Positions 28,156-38,654 of a stretch of 64,000 bases of DNA are shown here, piece after piece. The position numbers and the translations under genes were made by a program. The stretch's first letter is position 1, and the number at the start of each line of letters is the position of its first letter. Source of the stretch: Longimicrobiales bacterium (lineage in GTDB: Bacteria; Gemmatimonadota; Gemmatimonadetes; Longimicrobiales; Gaopeijiaceae); NCBI GenBank assembly GCA_965238005.1, contig OZ250165.1:4640001-4704000 (forward strand), in the 5' to 3' direction. The notes under the pieces are model-generated. The model did not search any database, had not been told where the DNA came from, and worked only from the letters and a program-made list of their open reading frames with translations.

Positions 28156-29837
28156 TGTTCCGTTTCACGCCACCCGCCACCGCACTACTGCTCATCGCAT
28201 CGCTTTCCGCATGCTCGGGGGGCCCCGATAGCGGGAGATCGGAAGCCGGCGAGCCCTTCGACATCCTGATCCTCGACGCCAGGATCGTCGACGGAGGGGG
28301 CAACCCCTGGTTCCGCGGCGACGTGGGCATACGAGGGGACCGGATCGTGGAGGTGGGGCACCTGGACGGTCGGGAGACCCACCGCACCATCGACGCGGCG
28401 GACCGGGTGTTGAGCCCGGGCTTCATCGACATGATGGGCCAGTCCAGCCAGGTGCTGGTCACCAACCCTCCGAGCGCCGAGAGCAAGCTGCGCCAGGGGA
28501 TCACGACCTACCTCTCCGGTGAAGGCGGCTCCCCCGCCCCTCAGAGCGAGGCGACGCTCTCCAACCCACCCGTAGTGGACGGCGACACGCTCCGCTGGCA
28601 GACGTATGCGGAGTACTTCGCGATCCTCGAGGGCTTCGGCATCCCCATCAACGTGGTCCACGACGTGGGCCTGACCCAGGTGCGACGGGTCGTGCTGGGA
28701 GAGGGGGACGTCCGGCCGGACCTGGCCGAGATCGAGGAGATGAAGGCCCTGGTACGGCAGGCCATGGAGGACGGCGCCGTGGGCGTCTCGACGTCCTTGA
28801 TCTACCCTCCGGCGGTCTACGCCCGCACCGACGAGCTCATCGAGCTGGCCCGGGTGGCGGGGGAGTACGGCGGCGTCTACTTCACACACATGCGTAACGA
28901 GAGCCACGCGGTCCTCGACGCCATCCACGAAGCCCTGGAGATCGGAGAGGGCGCCGGGGTCCCGGTCCACATCTACCACCTGAAGGCCGCCGGCCAGGAG
29001 AACTGGCCGCTCATGGCCGAGGCCATCGCACTGATCGACTCGGCGCGCACAGCCGGGATGGACGTCACCGCCGACATCTACCCGTACATACGGAACGGCA
29101 TCGGCCTGGGCTCGTTCCTGCACCCCAAGCACTACGCGGAGGGGACGGGAGCTTTCCTGGCCACCCTGGACGACCCGGAGGTGCGCCAGGCCTTGCGGCA
29201 GGAGGTGGAGTCCACGGCCGACTGGGAGAACTGGTACCGGCATGTGGGGATGGAGTGGGACAACGTCCTCATCGTGTCGGCTCCGGAGTCCATTGAACAG
29301 CGGGTCATCGGCCAGTCCGTGGCGGGAGCTGCGGCCGTTCTCGGCACCGATCCGTGGAGCGCCTTCTTCGACCTGGTGAAGGCGCGAGGGGTCAGCGTGA
29401 ACCCCAGGAGCATGAACGAGGAGCAGAAGTGGCAGGCGCTCCGCGCCGAGTGGGTGATGATCGATACCGACGCGTCGCCCGTGAACCCGGCCACCAGCGC
29501 CAGCTCCCATCCCCGGGCCTTCGGTGCGTTTCCACGGGTGATCGCCAAGTACGTGCGCGAGGATCGGGTGATCACCCTGGAGGATGCGGTGCGGCGCATG
29601 ACGTCGCTGGCCGCACACCGTCTCGGGCTCCATGACCGGGGCCTCGTCGCCCCCGGGATGGCCGCCGACCTGCTGATCTTCGACCCCGAGGAGGTGAGGG
29701 ACAGGGCCGACTTCGGTGACCCCATGCAGTATGCCGAGGGAATGGACTATGTGCTGGTGAACGGGGTCCCGGTGATCGACGACGGGATCCTGCGAGACGC
29801 GCGCCCAGGTAGGCTCCTGCGACGCGCCGGATCTTGA
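28155..29837 (+). CDS. N-acyl-D-amino-acid deacylase (amidohydrolase), lipoprotein
   Basis: Lipobox LSAC; DGGGNPWFRGDVGI, SPGFID, HMRNE, HIYHLK, HPRAFGAFPR, ADLLIFDP. Confidence 0.9.
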   Translation: MFRFTPPATALLLIASLSACSGGPDSGRSEAGEPFDILILDARIVDGGGNPWFRGDVGIRGDRIVEVGHLDGRETHRTIDAADRVLSPGFIDMMGQSSQVLVTNPPSAESKLRQGITTYLSGEGGSPAPQSEATLSNPPVVDGDTLRWQTYAEYFAILEGFGIPINVVHDVGLTQVRRVVLGEGDVRPDLAEIEEMKALVRQAMEDGAVGVSTSLIYPPAVYARTDELIELARVAGEYGGVYFTHMRNESHAVLDAIHEALEIGEGAGVPVHIYHLKAAGQENWPLMAEAIALIDSARTAGMDVTADIYPYIRNGIGLGSFLHPKHYAEGTGAFLATLDDPEVRQALRQEVESTADWENWYRHVGMEWDNVLIVSAPESIEQRVIGQSVAGAAAVLGTDPWSAFFDLVKARGVSVNPRSMNEEQKWQALRAEWVMIDTDASPVNPATSASSHPRAFGAFPRVIAKYVREDRVITLEDAVRRMTSLAAHRLGLHDRGLVAPGMAADLLIFDPEEVRDRADFGDPMQYAEGMDYVLVNGVPVIDDGILRDARPGRLLRRAGS

Positions 29838-29898
29838 TCCTGCGAGACGCGCGCCCAGGTAGGCTCCTGCGACGCGCCGGATCTTGATCCTGCGAGAC
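29786..29898 (+). repeat. 50-bp tandem duplication (about 2.3 copies) across a gene junction
   Basis: GATCCTGCGAGACGCGCGCCCAGGTAGGCTCCTGCGACGCGCCGGATCTT starts at 29786 and 29836; a partial copy starts at 29886. Confidence 0.95.
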
Positions 29899-30614
29899 TG
29901 GCTGGACCGCTTCTTCGCGTCCTACTACGTCCACCGACCGGTCAGCGCCACTTTCATCGGGGTCCAGGAACATGATCACCGGCTGCCGGACTTCTCGGAG
30001 AACGGTGCCGGTGACGCCCTGGCCGATATGGAGGGGTTGCTGAGGGAGTCGGCGGGCCTCCACGTCGGTCCGGACGGCACCCACGAAACCGTCGACAAGC
30101 GCCTCGCCGAGGGCTTCCTGCGCATCCAGATCTGGGAGCACGGATCGGACCACTTCCACCGCGGCAACCCGAGCCTGTATACGGGCGAGGCCATCTTCGG
30201 CCTCCTGTCGCTCTTCCTCACCGACTTCGCGCCCGTGTCGGAGCGGGCCGAGGCCGCAACGGCGCGGATGGAGGGCGGCGCGGCGCTCCTGGAGCAGGGA
30301 CGGGAGAACGTACGGCGCGCCCCAGCGGACTGGACAGCGAGGGCCATCCGGGAGTGCGAGGGGGCACTCGCCTTCCTAACCGAGGGGATCGACCTCCTCG
30401 CCGCCGAGAAGCAGATCACGACGCCCGGCTTCAGGACCGCGGCGGCGCGCGCCGCGAAAGCCTTCAGCGAGTTCGAGACCCACCTGGAGAGGGAGCTGCT
30501 CACACAGACCACCACTGCCTCCGGGGCTTCCACGACGAGTTCCTGTCGTACGGCTCCATCCCCGTGTCTGTGATCGGAGCGGACATGAGAGGTCAAGACG
30601 ACCATGCCGCGTGA
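29884..30614 (+). pseudogene. DUF885 family protein, internally deleted
   Basis: N-terminal PVSATFIGVQEHDHRLPDFS...NPSLY joined out of frame near 30520 to the C-terminal FHDEFLSYGSIPVSVI. Confidence 0.75.
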
Positions 30615-32253
30615 GCGCGGGAGCCTGACCGCAGCTCTCCTTCTGACGCTGATCGCCAGTGGCTGCGACTCCGATGGCTCGGGAGCCCCCGGCACGGCCG
30701 ACGCCGGGACGGGATCGGACGAGGGGGGCCGGAAGATCCTGCGCATCGCATACAACCGCGAGATCGACGTCCTGAACGCCTTCACCAGCCAGATGCTCGT
30801 GGACATCCACTTCAGTATGGTCGAGGGCCTCATCACCACGGACGAGAACAACGTCTACATCCCGGTCCTGGCCAGGGAGATCCCTACCGAAGAGAACGGT
30901 CTCGTCGTCAGGAACGAGGACGGCACCGTCGACATGACGTGGGAGCTGCACGAGGGCGTGCGCTGGCACGACGGTCAGCCGCTCACCAGCGATGACGTGT
31001 GTTTCACCTGGCGGTTCGTGTCAAGCGAGGGTTCGGCCGTGTACAACCGGGGCCTGTACCTCGCAATCGTCGACTGTCTCATGCCCGACGACCACACGGT
31101 CGTCCTCAGATGGGACGGTGTCCGCGGATACTACGCCGGCCTCTTCGAGGCCATCCTCCCCGAGCACGTCCTGGGACACATGACGACTGAGGAGATCGTC
31201 AACTACGTGCCCTTCAACCGCGGAGACGAGCTGATCGGCACCGGACCCTTCAAGTTCGCGGAGTGGAAGGCCGGGGAGTATATCCGGGTGGTGCGCAACG
31301 ACGACTACTGGAGGGGGCCGGACTACCCCCGTATCGACGAGGTCGTGTGGGCCTTCATCCCTAACTCCAACACCCGACTGAACGCCATGAAGGCGGGCCA
31401 GTATCACTACGGCCAGGTCGACCCGGTACAGGTGAGCGAAGTCTCCGAGCTGGAGGGCTACGACGTCCATCTCATCAGCTCCAACGGGTTCATGCACTTC
31501 GACGTCTCCCTGAACACGGGGCGCAGCCGCGCCCTGTTCGGCGACGCCGACGTGCGGAGGGCCATGGCCCACGCCATCGACCGCCGAGCCATAGCGGAGC
31601 AGCTGATGCAGGGGACGGTCACCATCGCCACCACGCCCCTCAACCCCACGAGCCCCTACCACAACGCCTCCGTCGTGGGACGCGAGTACGACCCGGAGCG
31701 CGCGAGGCAGATCCTGGACGAGGCCGGCTGGGTCGTGGGCCCCGACGGCGTCCGGATGAAGGAGGGGCTCCGGTGCTCGTTCGAGATCATGAATCGGGCG
31801 GGCAGCGCCGATCGCATCGCCATCGCCCAGGTCATCCAGGCGCAGCTCAAGGACGTCGGGATCGAGGTGGCGTTCGAGACCCTGGAGAGCGCGGCCTGGA
31901 CCCAGACGTGGCGCAGCAGCGACTGGGAGGGGCTCGTCAGTGCGTGGTTCCTTCCCGCCGACCCCACCCTGACCGGCCTCTACGCCTGCGATGGTTCCAA
32001 CAACTTCACGGGCTTCTGCGATCCCGAGGTGGACGAGGCACTGAGGCGGTCAGACCAATCCCTGGACTTCGCGGAGCGGAAGCAGGCCCTGGACGAGGCT
32101 CAGGCGCTCCTGGCCGAATCGGACCGCTTCGTGCCCATCTACTACAACGTACTCCCCGAGGTCGTGAGCACGCAGGTCGGCAACTACCGGGGAAGCGGCA
32201 CCAACTTCGGCAGCTTCTGGAACCTCCATGAGTGGACGCTGAGGGATCGATGA
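30604..32253 (+). CDS. Peptide ABC transporter substrate-binding lipoprotein (OppA/DppA family)
   Basis: Lipobox ASGC; WHDGQPLTSDDVCFTW, IGTGPFKF, VRRAMAHAIDR. Confidence 0.93.
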   Translation: MPRERGSLTAALLLTLIASGCDSDGSGAPGTADAGTGSDEGGRKILRIAYNREIDVLNAFTSQMLVDIHFSMVEGLITTDENNVYIPVLAREIPTEENGLVVRNEDGTVDMTWELHEGVRWHDGQPLTSDDVCFTWRFVSSEGSAVYNRGLYLAIVDCLMPDDHTVVLRWDGVRGYYAGLFEAILPEHVLGHMTTEEIVNYVPFNRGDELIGTGPFKFAEWKAGEYIRVVRNDDYWRGPDYPRIDEVVWAFIPNSNTRLNAMKAGQYHYGQVDPVQVSEVSELEGYDVHLISSNGFMHFDVSLNTGRSRALFGDADVRRAMAHAIDRRAIAEQLMQGTVTIATTPLNPTSPYHNASVVGREYDPERARQILDEAGWVVGPDGVRMKEGLRCSFEIMNRAGSADRIAIAQVIQAQLKDVGIEVAFETLESAAWTQTWRSSDWEGLVSAWFLPADPTLTGLYACDGSNNFTGFCDPEVDEALRRSDQSLDFAERKQALDEAQALLAESDRFVPIYYNVLPEVVSTQVGNYRGSGTNFGSFWNLHEWTLRDR

Positions 32254-32315
32254 AGTGGCCGCGGGAGAGCCCATGAGTCGGTCCAAGTGAACGCCCCGCC
32301 TCGTCCAGCGTAGCC

Positions 32316-33080
32316 ATGCTGACCTACGTCGGCCGGCGCCTGCTCCAGATGGTTCCCCTCGTGTTCGGGATCTCCGTCATTCTCTTCGCCGTCATCCAGA
32401 TGGCGCCGGGAGGTCCCGAGGGCAGCCTGTTGGAGACGGGCCGCTTCATCGATCCGGAGGTCATCGAGGCATACCGGGAGCGGCTGGGAGTCGATCGACC
32501 GGTCCATATCCAGTACGTCCGGTGGCTCTCCGCCGTGTCGTTCCTGGGCATCGCCATGCCGGTCTTCTGGTTCGCGCTGATCCTCCAGATGGTCTTCTCG
32601 GTGCAGCTCGGGTGGCTGCCCGTGGCGGGGACGGAGACGGTGGGCGATACCTCCCTGGGCGACCACCTGAAGCACCTGATCCTACCGGCCGTGGTGCTGT
32701 CGTTCCGGAACATCGCCGGCTGGTCGCGCTATCTCCGGGCCAGCCTGCTGGGAGTGCTCAGGGCCGACTACATCCGCACTGCCCGGGCGAAGGGACTGTC
32801 CGAGCGGGCGGTGGTGGGGGTCCACGGCGTGCGCAACGCCCTCATTCCCGTGCTGTCGATCATGGCCCTGGGCGTCGCCGACATGTTCTCCGGTGCCGTT
32901 ATCACCGAGACCATATTCGCGTGGCCGGGCATCGGCCGGATGTTCGTGCAGGCCATGTTCGCCCGCGACTACCCCCTGCTCATGGGCATCATGATCATGG
33001 GCTCGATGATGGTGATCGTCTTCAACCTCGTGGCCGACGTCCTCTACGGGGTCCTGGATCCCCGGATCCGATACGCATGA
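32316..33080 (+). pseudogene. Peptide ABC permease (OppB/DppB family) with an in-frame internal deletion
   Basis: QYVRWL is joined directly to SAVSFLGIAMPVFW; the usual GDLG.S...LP.TL.L transmembrane segment is missing. EAA-like DYIRTARAKGL and the LDPRIR end are present. Confidence 0.7.
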
Positions 33081-33937
33081 CGGACGCCGACGCTCGAACC
33101 CCTCGGGGCCTGGTGTGGCAGCGCCTGAGACGGCACAAGCTGGCCGTCGCCTCCTTCGGCGTGGTGGCGGCCATCACGGCCGCATGCGTGACGGCGCCGC
33201 TGATCGTGCCGTACGAGTTCGACAGCATCGACCTGGGGAGCATCCGGGAGGCGCCCTCGGCGGAGCACTGGATGGGAACCGACGACCTGGGCCGGGACCT
33301 GTTCACCAGGGTCCTCTATGGCGGCCGGGTGTCCATCCTCATCGGGCTGCTGGCGGCCATCATCGGCACGGGCGTGGGTGCCTTGGTGGGAGCCGTTGCC
33401 GGCTTCTACGGGGGCGGGACCGACAACCTGCTCATGCGGCTGACCGACGTGGCCTACTCCATCCCGACGCTGCCGCTTCTCATCGTCCTGAGCTCCTACA
33501 CCCAGGCGTCCGCCATGTCCATGGCGCCCATCATCGGCCTTCTCAGCTGGATGGCCACGGCCCGCGTGGTCCGCGGCGACGTCCTCACCATCAAGGAGCT
33601 GGCCTACGTGGAGGCCGCCCGGAGCCTGGGCGTGGCGAACACGAGCATCATCATGCGCCACATCATGCCCAACGCCATCGGCCCCATCGTCGTGGGAGCG
33701 ACGCTCGCCGTAGGGAACGCCATCATCCTCGAGTCCTCCCTGAGCTTCCTGGGTCTCGGCGTCCAACCCCCCGTCCCCACCTGGGGCAACATGCTCATGG
33801 ACGCACAGGCCACCATGGCGACGAAGCCGTGGCTGACCATCTTTCCCGGGTTCGCCATCCTGCTCATCGTGCTGTCCGTGAACTTCATCGGCGACGGGCT
33901 CCAGGACGCCCTGGACCCGACGGGAGGAACCGAGTGA
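33077..33937 (+). CDS. Peptide ABC permease (OppC/DppC family)
   Basis: HWMGTDDLGRDLFTRVLYGGRVS, YVEAARSLG, ESSLSFLGLGVQPP..WGNML. Confidence 0.93.
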   Translation: MTDADARTPRGLVWQRLRRHKLAVASFGVVAAITAACVTAPLIVPYEFDSIDLGSIREAPSAEHWMGTDDLGRDLFTRVLYGGRVSILIGLLAAIIGTGVGALVGAVAGFYGGGTDNLLMRLTDVAYSIPTLPLLIVLSSYTQASAMSMAPIIGLLSWMATARVVRGDVLTIKELAYVEAARSLGVANTSIIMRHIMPNAIGPIVVGATLAVGNAIILESSLSFLGLGVQPPVPTWGNMLMDAQATMATKPWLTIFPGFAILLIVLSVNFIGDGLQDALDPTGGTE

Positions 33938-35342
33938 CCAGCGGCGGCGCGCCGATCGGGTGGGCGTCCTGGATCACGCGCGCGGCGCCCAGCACCTGCC
34001 CTTCCCCGAACCGCCGTCCCACCACCTGCAACCCCACGGGCAGCGCCCCCGGGTCGAGCCCGCAGGGCACGGAGGCTACGGGCAGCCCGGTGAGGCTCAG
34101 CACGAAGGTGGGCGCGATCCAGTCCACGTAGGTCTTCATGGTCCGCCCGGCTACGGTCTCGGGGTAATTCTGATCCACCGGGAACGGCGGCACCGCCATG
34201 GAGGGAGTCAGCAGGTGGTCGAAGCGCTCGAAGAATGCCTGGAACTCGGCCCAGATGCGATTCCTCTGCTGCTCGGCCCACGCGTGTTGCTCGGTCGTAA
34301 CCTCGAGGCCCGCTCGGATGTTGCCCGCCACATTGGCGCCCAGCTCGTCCAGTCGGTCGAGGTGCTTGTGATGGTGCGCCACCATCCAGTACCCGCGCAG
34401 GTGCAGGAACGCGTCGCGGCCGTATGAGAGATCCATGTCGACCTCCTCCACACTGGCGCCTGCGTCACGCAGGGCGAAGGCGGCCGCGCGGCAGATGGCT
34501 TCCACGTCGGGGTCCACGCCGATGGCGATCAGGTCGGGGCAGTACGCGAAGCGCCTGCCGCTAACGTCGGCGTCCTGCACCGCCGCCGCCCGATCCGCCG
34601 CCTGCTCGCCCTGGTTCACCGGGCAGCCCGGGCTCGGCCCGGCGACCGCATCCAGGAACAGCGCCACGTCCTCGGCCCGGCGCGCCATCGGGCCGGTCAC
34701 CTGGAGGTTGTCCCACAGGTAGTCCGAGGGCCACGTGGGCACGAGGCCCGGGCTGGGCCGGATGCCCACGATGCCGTTGAACGACGCCGGAATGCGGAGC
34801 GAGCCTCCCAGGTCGGTACCCTCGGCCAACGCGATCATGCCGGTGGCGAGCGCGGCGCCGCCGCCCCCGGTCGACCCGCCGGCGCTGCGGTCGGTGTTCC
34901 AGGGATTCAGGGTGCGGCCGAACACCTCGTTGAAGGTGTTGCCGCCCGCCGCGAACTCGGGCGTGTTGGTCTTGCCCAGGATGATCGCGCCGGCCTCGCG
35001 CAGGCGCGTGACGACCCAGGCGTCCTCCTCGGGCACGTGGTCGGCGTACATGGGCGAGCCGAACGTGGTGCGCAGGCCCGCGACGGGCGTGACGTCCTTG
35101 ATGCCGACGGGCAGGCCATAGAGCGGTGGAAGGCCCCCTCCCCCCCCGTAGCACGCCTCCAGCGCGCGCGCGTCGTCGAGGGCGGCGGGATTCAGGGTGA
35201 CGACCGCGTTGATCTCGCCGTTGTAGCGCTCGACCTGCGCCAGGCTGGCCTCGATGAGCTCGACGGGCGAGAGTTCGCCCGCCCCCAGGCGGCGGCGCAG
35301 CTCGGTGGCGCTGGTCGCGTGCAACTCGTCGATCAGGGCCAT
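33885..35342 (-). CDS. Amidase signature family enzyme
   Basis: PVGIKD (Lys), GKTNTPEF, AGGSTGG, GTDLGGSLRIPAS (Ser-cisSer-Lys triad). Confidence 0.93.
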   Translation of the reverse strand: MALIDELHATSATELRRRLGAGELSPVELIEASLAQVERYNGEINAVVTLNPAALDDARALEACYGGGGGLPPLYGLPVGIKDVTPVAGLRTTFGSPMYADHVPEEDAWVVTRLREAGAIILGKTNTPEFAAGGNTFNEVFGRTLNPWNTDRSAGGSTGGGGAALATGMIALAEGTDLGGSLRIPASFNGIVGIRPSPGLVPTWPSDYLWDNLQVTGPMARRAEDVALFLDAVAGPSPGCPVNQGEQAADRAAAVQDADVSGRRFAYCPDLIAIGVDPDVEAICRAAAFALRDAGASVEEVDMDLSYGRDAFLHLRGYWMVAHHHKHLDRLDELGANVAGNIRAGLEVTTEQHAWAEQQRNRIWAEFQAFFERFDHLLTPSMAVPPFPVDQNYPETVAGRTMKTYVDWIAPTFVLSLTGLPVASVPCGLDPGALPVGLQVVGRRFGEGQVLGAARVIQDAHPIGAPPLVTRFLPSGPGRPGARRR

Positions 35343-35378
35343 GGCCGTCTCATCCCCGGGGCCTCCGGGCCCCGCCCC

Positions 35379-36176
35379 TCAGCTTCGCCCGCCGTCCAGC
35401 CATGCCACCGCGCGGCAAAACGCCGCCTCCCCACCTTTGAACTTCCACGGGAAGATGCCGATCGTGAGCCGCTGGTCTTGCAGCTCGGGCGCGTTCAGCT
35501 CGCCGCCCAAGTTCTCGACGTGCATGCAGTTGCTCGGGAAGAGCGCGTTGTGCGCGATCTGGTAGTCGCCCTGCGGGAACAGGCGGTCCACCTCGTCCTC
35601 GCCGCCGAACTTCTCCACGCACTTCGCACGCACGCGGTCGCAGTGGCCGTGCATGCCCTTCCCCAGGAACCGGCCGATCGGGAGGTTCATGGGGTGGTCG
35701 GTCGACACGGCGTCCACGCCCCAGATCTTGATCTCCTTCTCGAGCAGCCAGGGGATCATGTCCGCGTGCGGGCCCGGGTGCACGTGCACGTAGCGCTCCT
35801 CGTCGGGCTCCTCGCCGAACTGGCCGAAGCGCGCCCAGCCGGTGTTCAGCATCAGCAGATCGCCCTTCCGCACCTCGACGTGCCCCTCGATCATCTCGGG
35901 CGTGTACACGTCCAGATCGTCGAGCTCGTCCGCCAGGTTCACGATCACGCCCGGCCCGCACAGCCACTCCATGGGGATCTGGTCGATGGTCATGCCGCCG
36001 GTCACGAAGTGCCGGGGCGCGTCCAGGTGCGTGCCCATGTGGTTGGACGACTGGATGTACTGCGCGTTCACGCCGTGCTCGGACTTGCGCTTGATGTACT
36101 TCACCTCGAACGGCGGATAGTACGGCCAGGCGAACGAGTCCTGGTTGAGCGGCTGGGAGAGGTCGTAGGTCTTCAT
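35379..36176 (-). CDS. Cyclase family metal-dependent hydrolase (kynurenine formamidase-like)
   Basis: HMGTHLDAPRHF motif; GVDAVSTDH; HVENL. Confidence 0.9.
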   Translation of the reverse strand: MKTYDLSQPLNQDSFAWPYYPPFEVKYIKRKSEHGVNAQYIQSSNHMGTHLDAPRHFVTGGMTIDQIPMEWLCGPGVIVNLADELDDLDVYTPEMIEGHVEVRKGDLLMLNTGWARFGQFGEEPDEERYVHVHPGPHADMIPWLLEKEIKIWGVDAVSTDHPMNLPIGRFLGKGMHGHCDRVRAKCVEKFGGEDEVDRLFPQGDYQIAHNALFPSNCMHVENLGGELNAPELQDQRLTIGIFPWKFKGGEAAFCRAVAWLDGGRS

Positions 36177-36198
36177 GAGCCGTTCCTCATGCGGGTCT

Positions 36199-37680
36199 TC
36201 ATGCTTCGTTCCTCATCAGGAGGAAATAGAGAACGAACGAGACGATGGTCGCGCTGAACCACGCGCCGTTGAATAGGAAGGCGAGCGAGGGGTGCAGCAA
36301 GCCGGCGAGGGCGACGAGCACGCCGGCGACGAGCGCCATCAGCGCCCGCGGGTTCACTCCGCCGGAATAGGCGTACGCGCCGTCGGTGGAATAGAGGCCC
36401 GGCAGATCGAGCTGCCCGCGCCGCACGGCGACGTAATCGCTCACGATCACGCCGCCCACCGCGCCCAGCAGACCCGAGTAGGTGATCAGCCAGACCTGGT
36501 ACAGGTCGAGCAGCTTCCACGGCACGATGACGATGCCGATCGCCGCGGCGATGAGCCCTCCAGCGCGGAACGAGATGCGGCGTGGGTTCAGGTTACTGAA
36601 GCTGTTCGCGGGCGCCACGACGTTCGCGGCGATGTTCGTGCTGAGCGTGGCCACGATGATCGCCACCATGGCGAGCAGGCCGAGCAGGGGCCGGTTCTGC
36701 TCCGCCGTGAGGCGCGCCACGAGGTCGACCGGGTTCCAGATCGCCTCGTCATAGAGCAATACGGTGGCGCTGGTCACGGCCACTCCGATAAAGGAGAACA
36801 GAGGCATGGTGGTGAGCAGTCCCACCGCCTGCCCCACCGCCTGGTCCTTCTGGCTCTTCGCGTAGCGCGTGAAGTCGGGGATGTTGAGCGACAGCGTGGC
36901 CCAGTAGCCCACCATGGCCGTCACCCAGGGCAGGAACAGGGTCATGATGAAGCGGCCCGCGGGCAGGTCCTGCGCGGTGCCCAGCCGATCGGACGCATCA
37001 AGCATCTCACCCAGACCGCCCACGCGCAGGATCGCCCAAGCCAACAGCGAGAGACCCATGAGGATCAGGAACGGCGCCGCGACGGTCTCGAGCACACGAA
37101 TGGATTCCGTACCGGCGATCACGAAGTAGACGTTCACGCACCAGAACAGCAGGAAGCTCACATAAAGCGGCGCGCCGTGGCCCATGAACGTCCAGTCACC
37201 GCCCAGTGCCAGCCAGCCGGGCCAGACGATGCCCAGCGCGGCGTTCACCGCCAGGCCGCCGATCCAGGTCTGGATACCGAACCAGCCGCACGCGACCACC
37301 GAGCGCATCAGCGACGGCACGTGTGCGCCCACGGGCCCGAACGACGCCCTCGCGTACACAGGGAACGGAATGCCGTAGCGTGTGCCCGCGTGGCCGTTGA
37401 TGGCCATGGGCACGTAAACGATGAGGTTGCCGAGCAGAATCGCCAGCATGCTCTGCCACCAATTCATACCCGTCTCGATCATGCTGGCGGCCAGCATGTA
37501 CGTGGGAATACACACGCTCATCCCCACCCACAGCGACGCGATGTGCAGGGTGCTCCAGGTGCGGTCGGACACCGCGGTGGGCGCGATGTCGTCGTTGACG
37601 AGCGGCCCGGTAGGGACGGGCTCATCCAGCTCGACGAGACCCGTCATGATGTCGTCCGACTGTGCGGGTGCGGTGCGCAT
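36199..37680 (-). CDS. NCS1 family nucleobase:cation symporter
   Basis: GAGGAG RBS; LWVGMSVCIPTY, GTRYGIPFPVYAR, CGWFGIQTWIGG, WATLSLNIPDFTRYA. Confidence 0.93.
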   Translation of the reverse strand: MRTAPAQSDDIMTGLVELDEPVPTGPLVNDDIAPTAVSDRTWSTLHIASLWVGMSVCIPTYMLAASMIETGMNWWQSMLAILLGNLIVYVPMAINGHAGTRYGIPFPVYARASFGPVGAHVPSLMRSVVACGWFGIQTWIGGLAVNAALGIVWPGWLALGGDWTFMGHGAPLYVSFLLFWCVNVYFVIAGTESIRVLETVAAPFLILMGLSLLAWAILRVGGLGEMLDASDRLGTAQDLPAGRFIMTLFLPWVTAMVGYWATLSLNIPDFTRYAKSQKDQAVGQAVGLLTTMPLFSFIGVAVTSATVLLYDEAIWNPVDLVARLTAEQNRPLLGLLAMVAIIVATLSTNIAANVVAPANSFSNLNPRRISFRAGGLIAAAIGIVIVPWKLLDLYQVWLITYSGLLGAVGGVIVSDYVAVRRGQLDLPGLYSTDGAYAYSGGVNPRALMALVAGVLVALAGLLHPSLAFLFNGAWFSATIVSFVLYFLLMRNEA

Positions 37681-37698
37681 GCTGCTCCTCAGGGGCGG

Positions 37699-37756
37699 GG
37701 GCTCACGTGGCTTCCTCGGGCGTGGCACGGGCTCACGTGGCTTCCTCGGGCGTGGC
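37699..37756 (+). repeat. 30-bp-period tandem duplication spanning the stop codon of the FAD subunit gene
   Basis: GGGCTCACGTGGCTTCCTCGGGCGTGGC occurs twice, offset by 30 nt. Confidence 0.95.
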
Positions 37757-38623
37757 GCGCGCGCACGCGGTCTCGAGCGCCCGGCGCGTCATCACCTCGA
37801 CCAAGTGGCGCCGGTAGTCCGCCGAAGCGTGCATGTCGCCCGGCGGGTCGACGTCGTGCTCGGCGGCGGCGGCCGCGGCTGCGCGAATCGATTCGGGGCC
37901 CGGGGCCTCGCCGATGAGCGTCGCGGCCCCCTGCCCCGCGAGCACGGGACCGTCGCCCACGCTGATCAGCGCCACGCGCGCGTTCGCGCACTTGCCCGCC
38001 TCGTCCAGCGTTACCGTCGCGGCCACGCCCACCAGCGCGAAGTCGCCCTGGCGGCGGGCGATCTCGGTGAACGAATGCCCCGTGCGGCCCGCGGCCGGGG
38101 GCGGCACCTCGATCTCAACGAGCAATTCATCGGGCCCCACGGCCGTTGCGAACAGGCCAGTGAAGAAGTCCTCCGCGGCCACCCACCGCTCGCCGCCGGG
38201 GCCCATCACGCGAAACCGCGCCCCCAGCGCAAGCATCACCGCCGGTACCTCCGCCGCCGGGTCGGCGTGCGCCAGCGTGCCGCCGATCGTGCCGCGGTTG
38301 CGGATCTGCGGGTGCGCCACCCACGGCATGGCCTCGGCGAGCAGCGGGACCCTGTCAGCCACGAGGGCGGAACGCTCGACCGCGCGCTGGCGAGTTATCG
38401 CACCGAAGCGCACGCCGCCGTCCCGGGCCTCCTGGATGAAGTCCAGGCCGGACACCCCATTCATGTCCACCAGCATGCCCGGCTGGGCGAGCCGGAAGTT
38501 CATCGCCGGAATCAAGCTCTGCCCGCCGGCCAGCACCCGCGCGCCGTCGCCGTTGTCCGCGAGCGCCGAGAGCGCCTCCTCGGCAGCCCCCGCGACGAGG
38601 TACTCGAACGGCGCGGGCTTCAC
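37733..38623 (-). CDS. Molybdenum hydroxylase FAD-binding subunit (CoxM/XdhB-like)
   Basis: KPAPFEY, LAGGQSLIP, QIRNRGTIGGTLAHADPAAE, RRQGDFA. Confidence 0.93.
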   Translation of the reverse strand: MKPAPFEYLVAGAAEEALSALADNGDGARVLAGGQSLIPAMNFRLAQPGMLVDMNGVSGLDFIQEARDGGVRFGAITRQRAVERSALVADRVPLLAEAMPWVAHPQIRNRGTIGGTLAHADPAAEVPAVMLALGARFRVMGPGGERWVAAEDFFTGLFATAVGPDELLVEIEVPPPAAGRTGHSFTEIARRQGDFALVGVAATVTLDEAGKCANARVALISVGDGPVLAGQGAATLIGEAPGPESIRAAAAAAAEHDVDPPGDMHASADYRRHLVEVMTRRALETACARATPEEAT

Positions 38624-38654
38624 GGGGCCTCCAGGCAAGCGTCGAGTTCGATGA

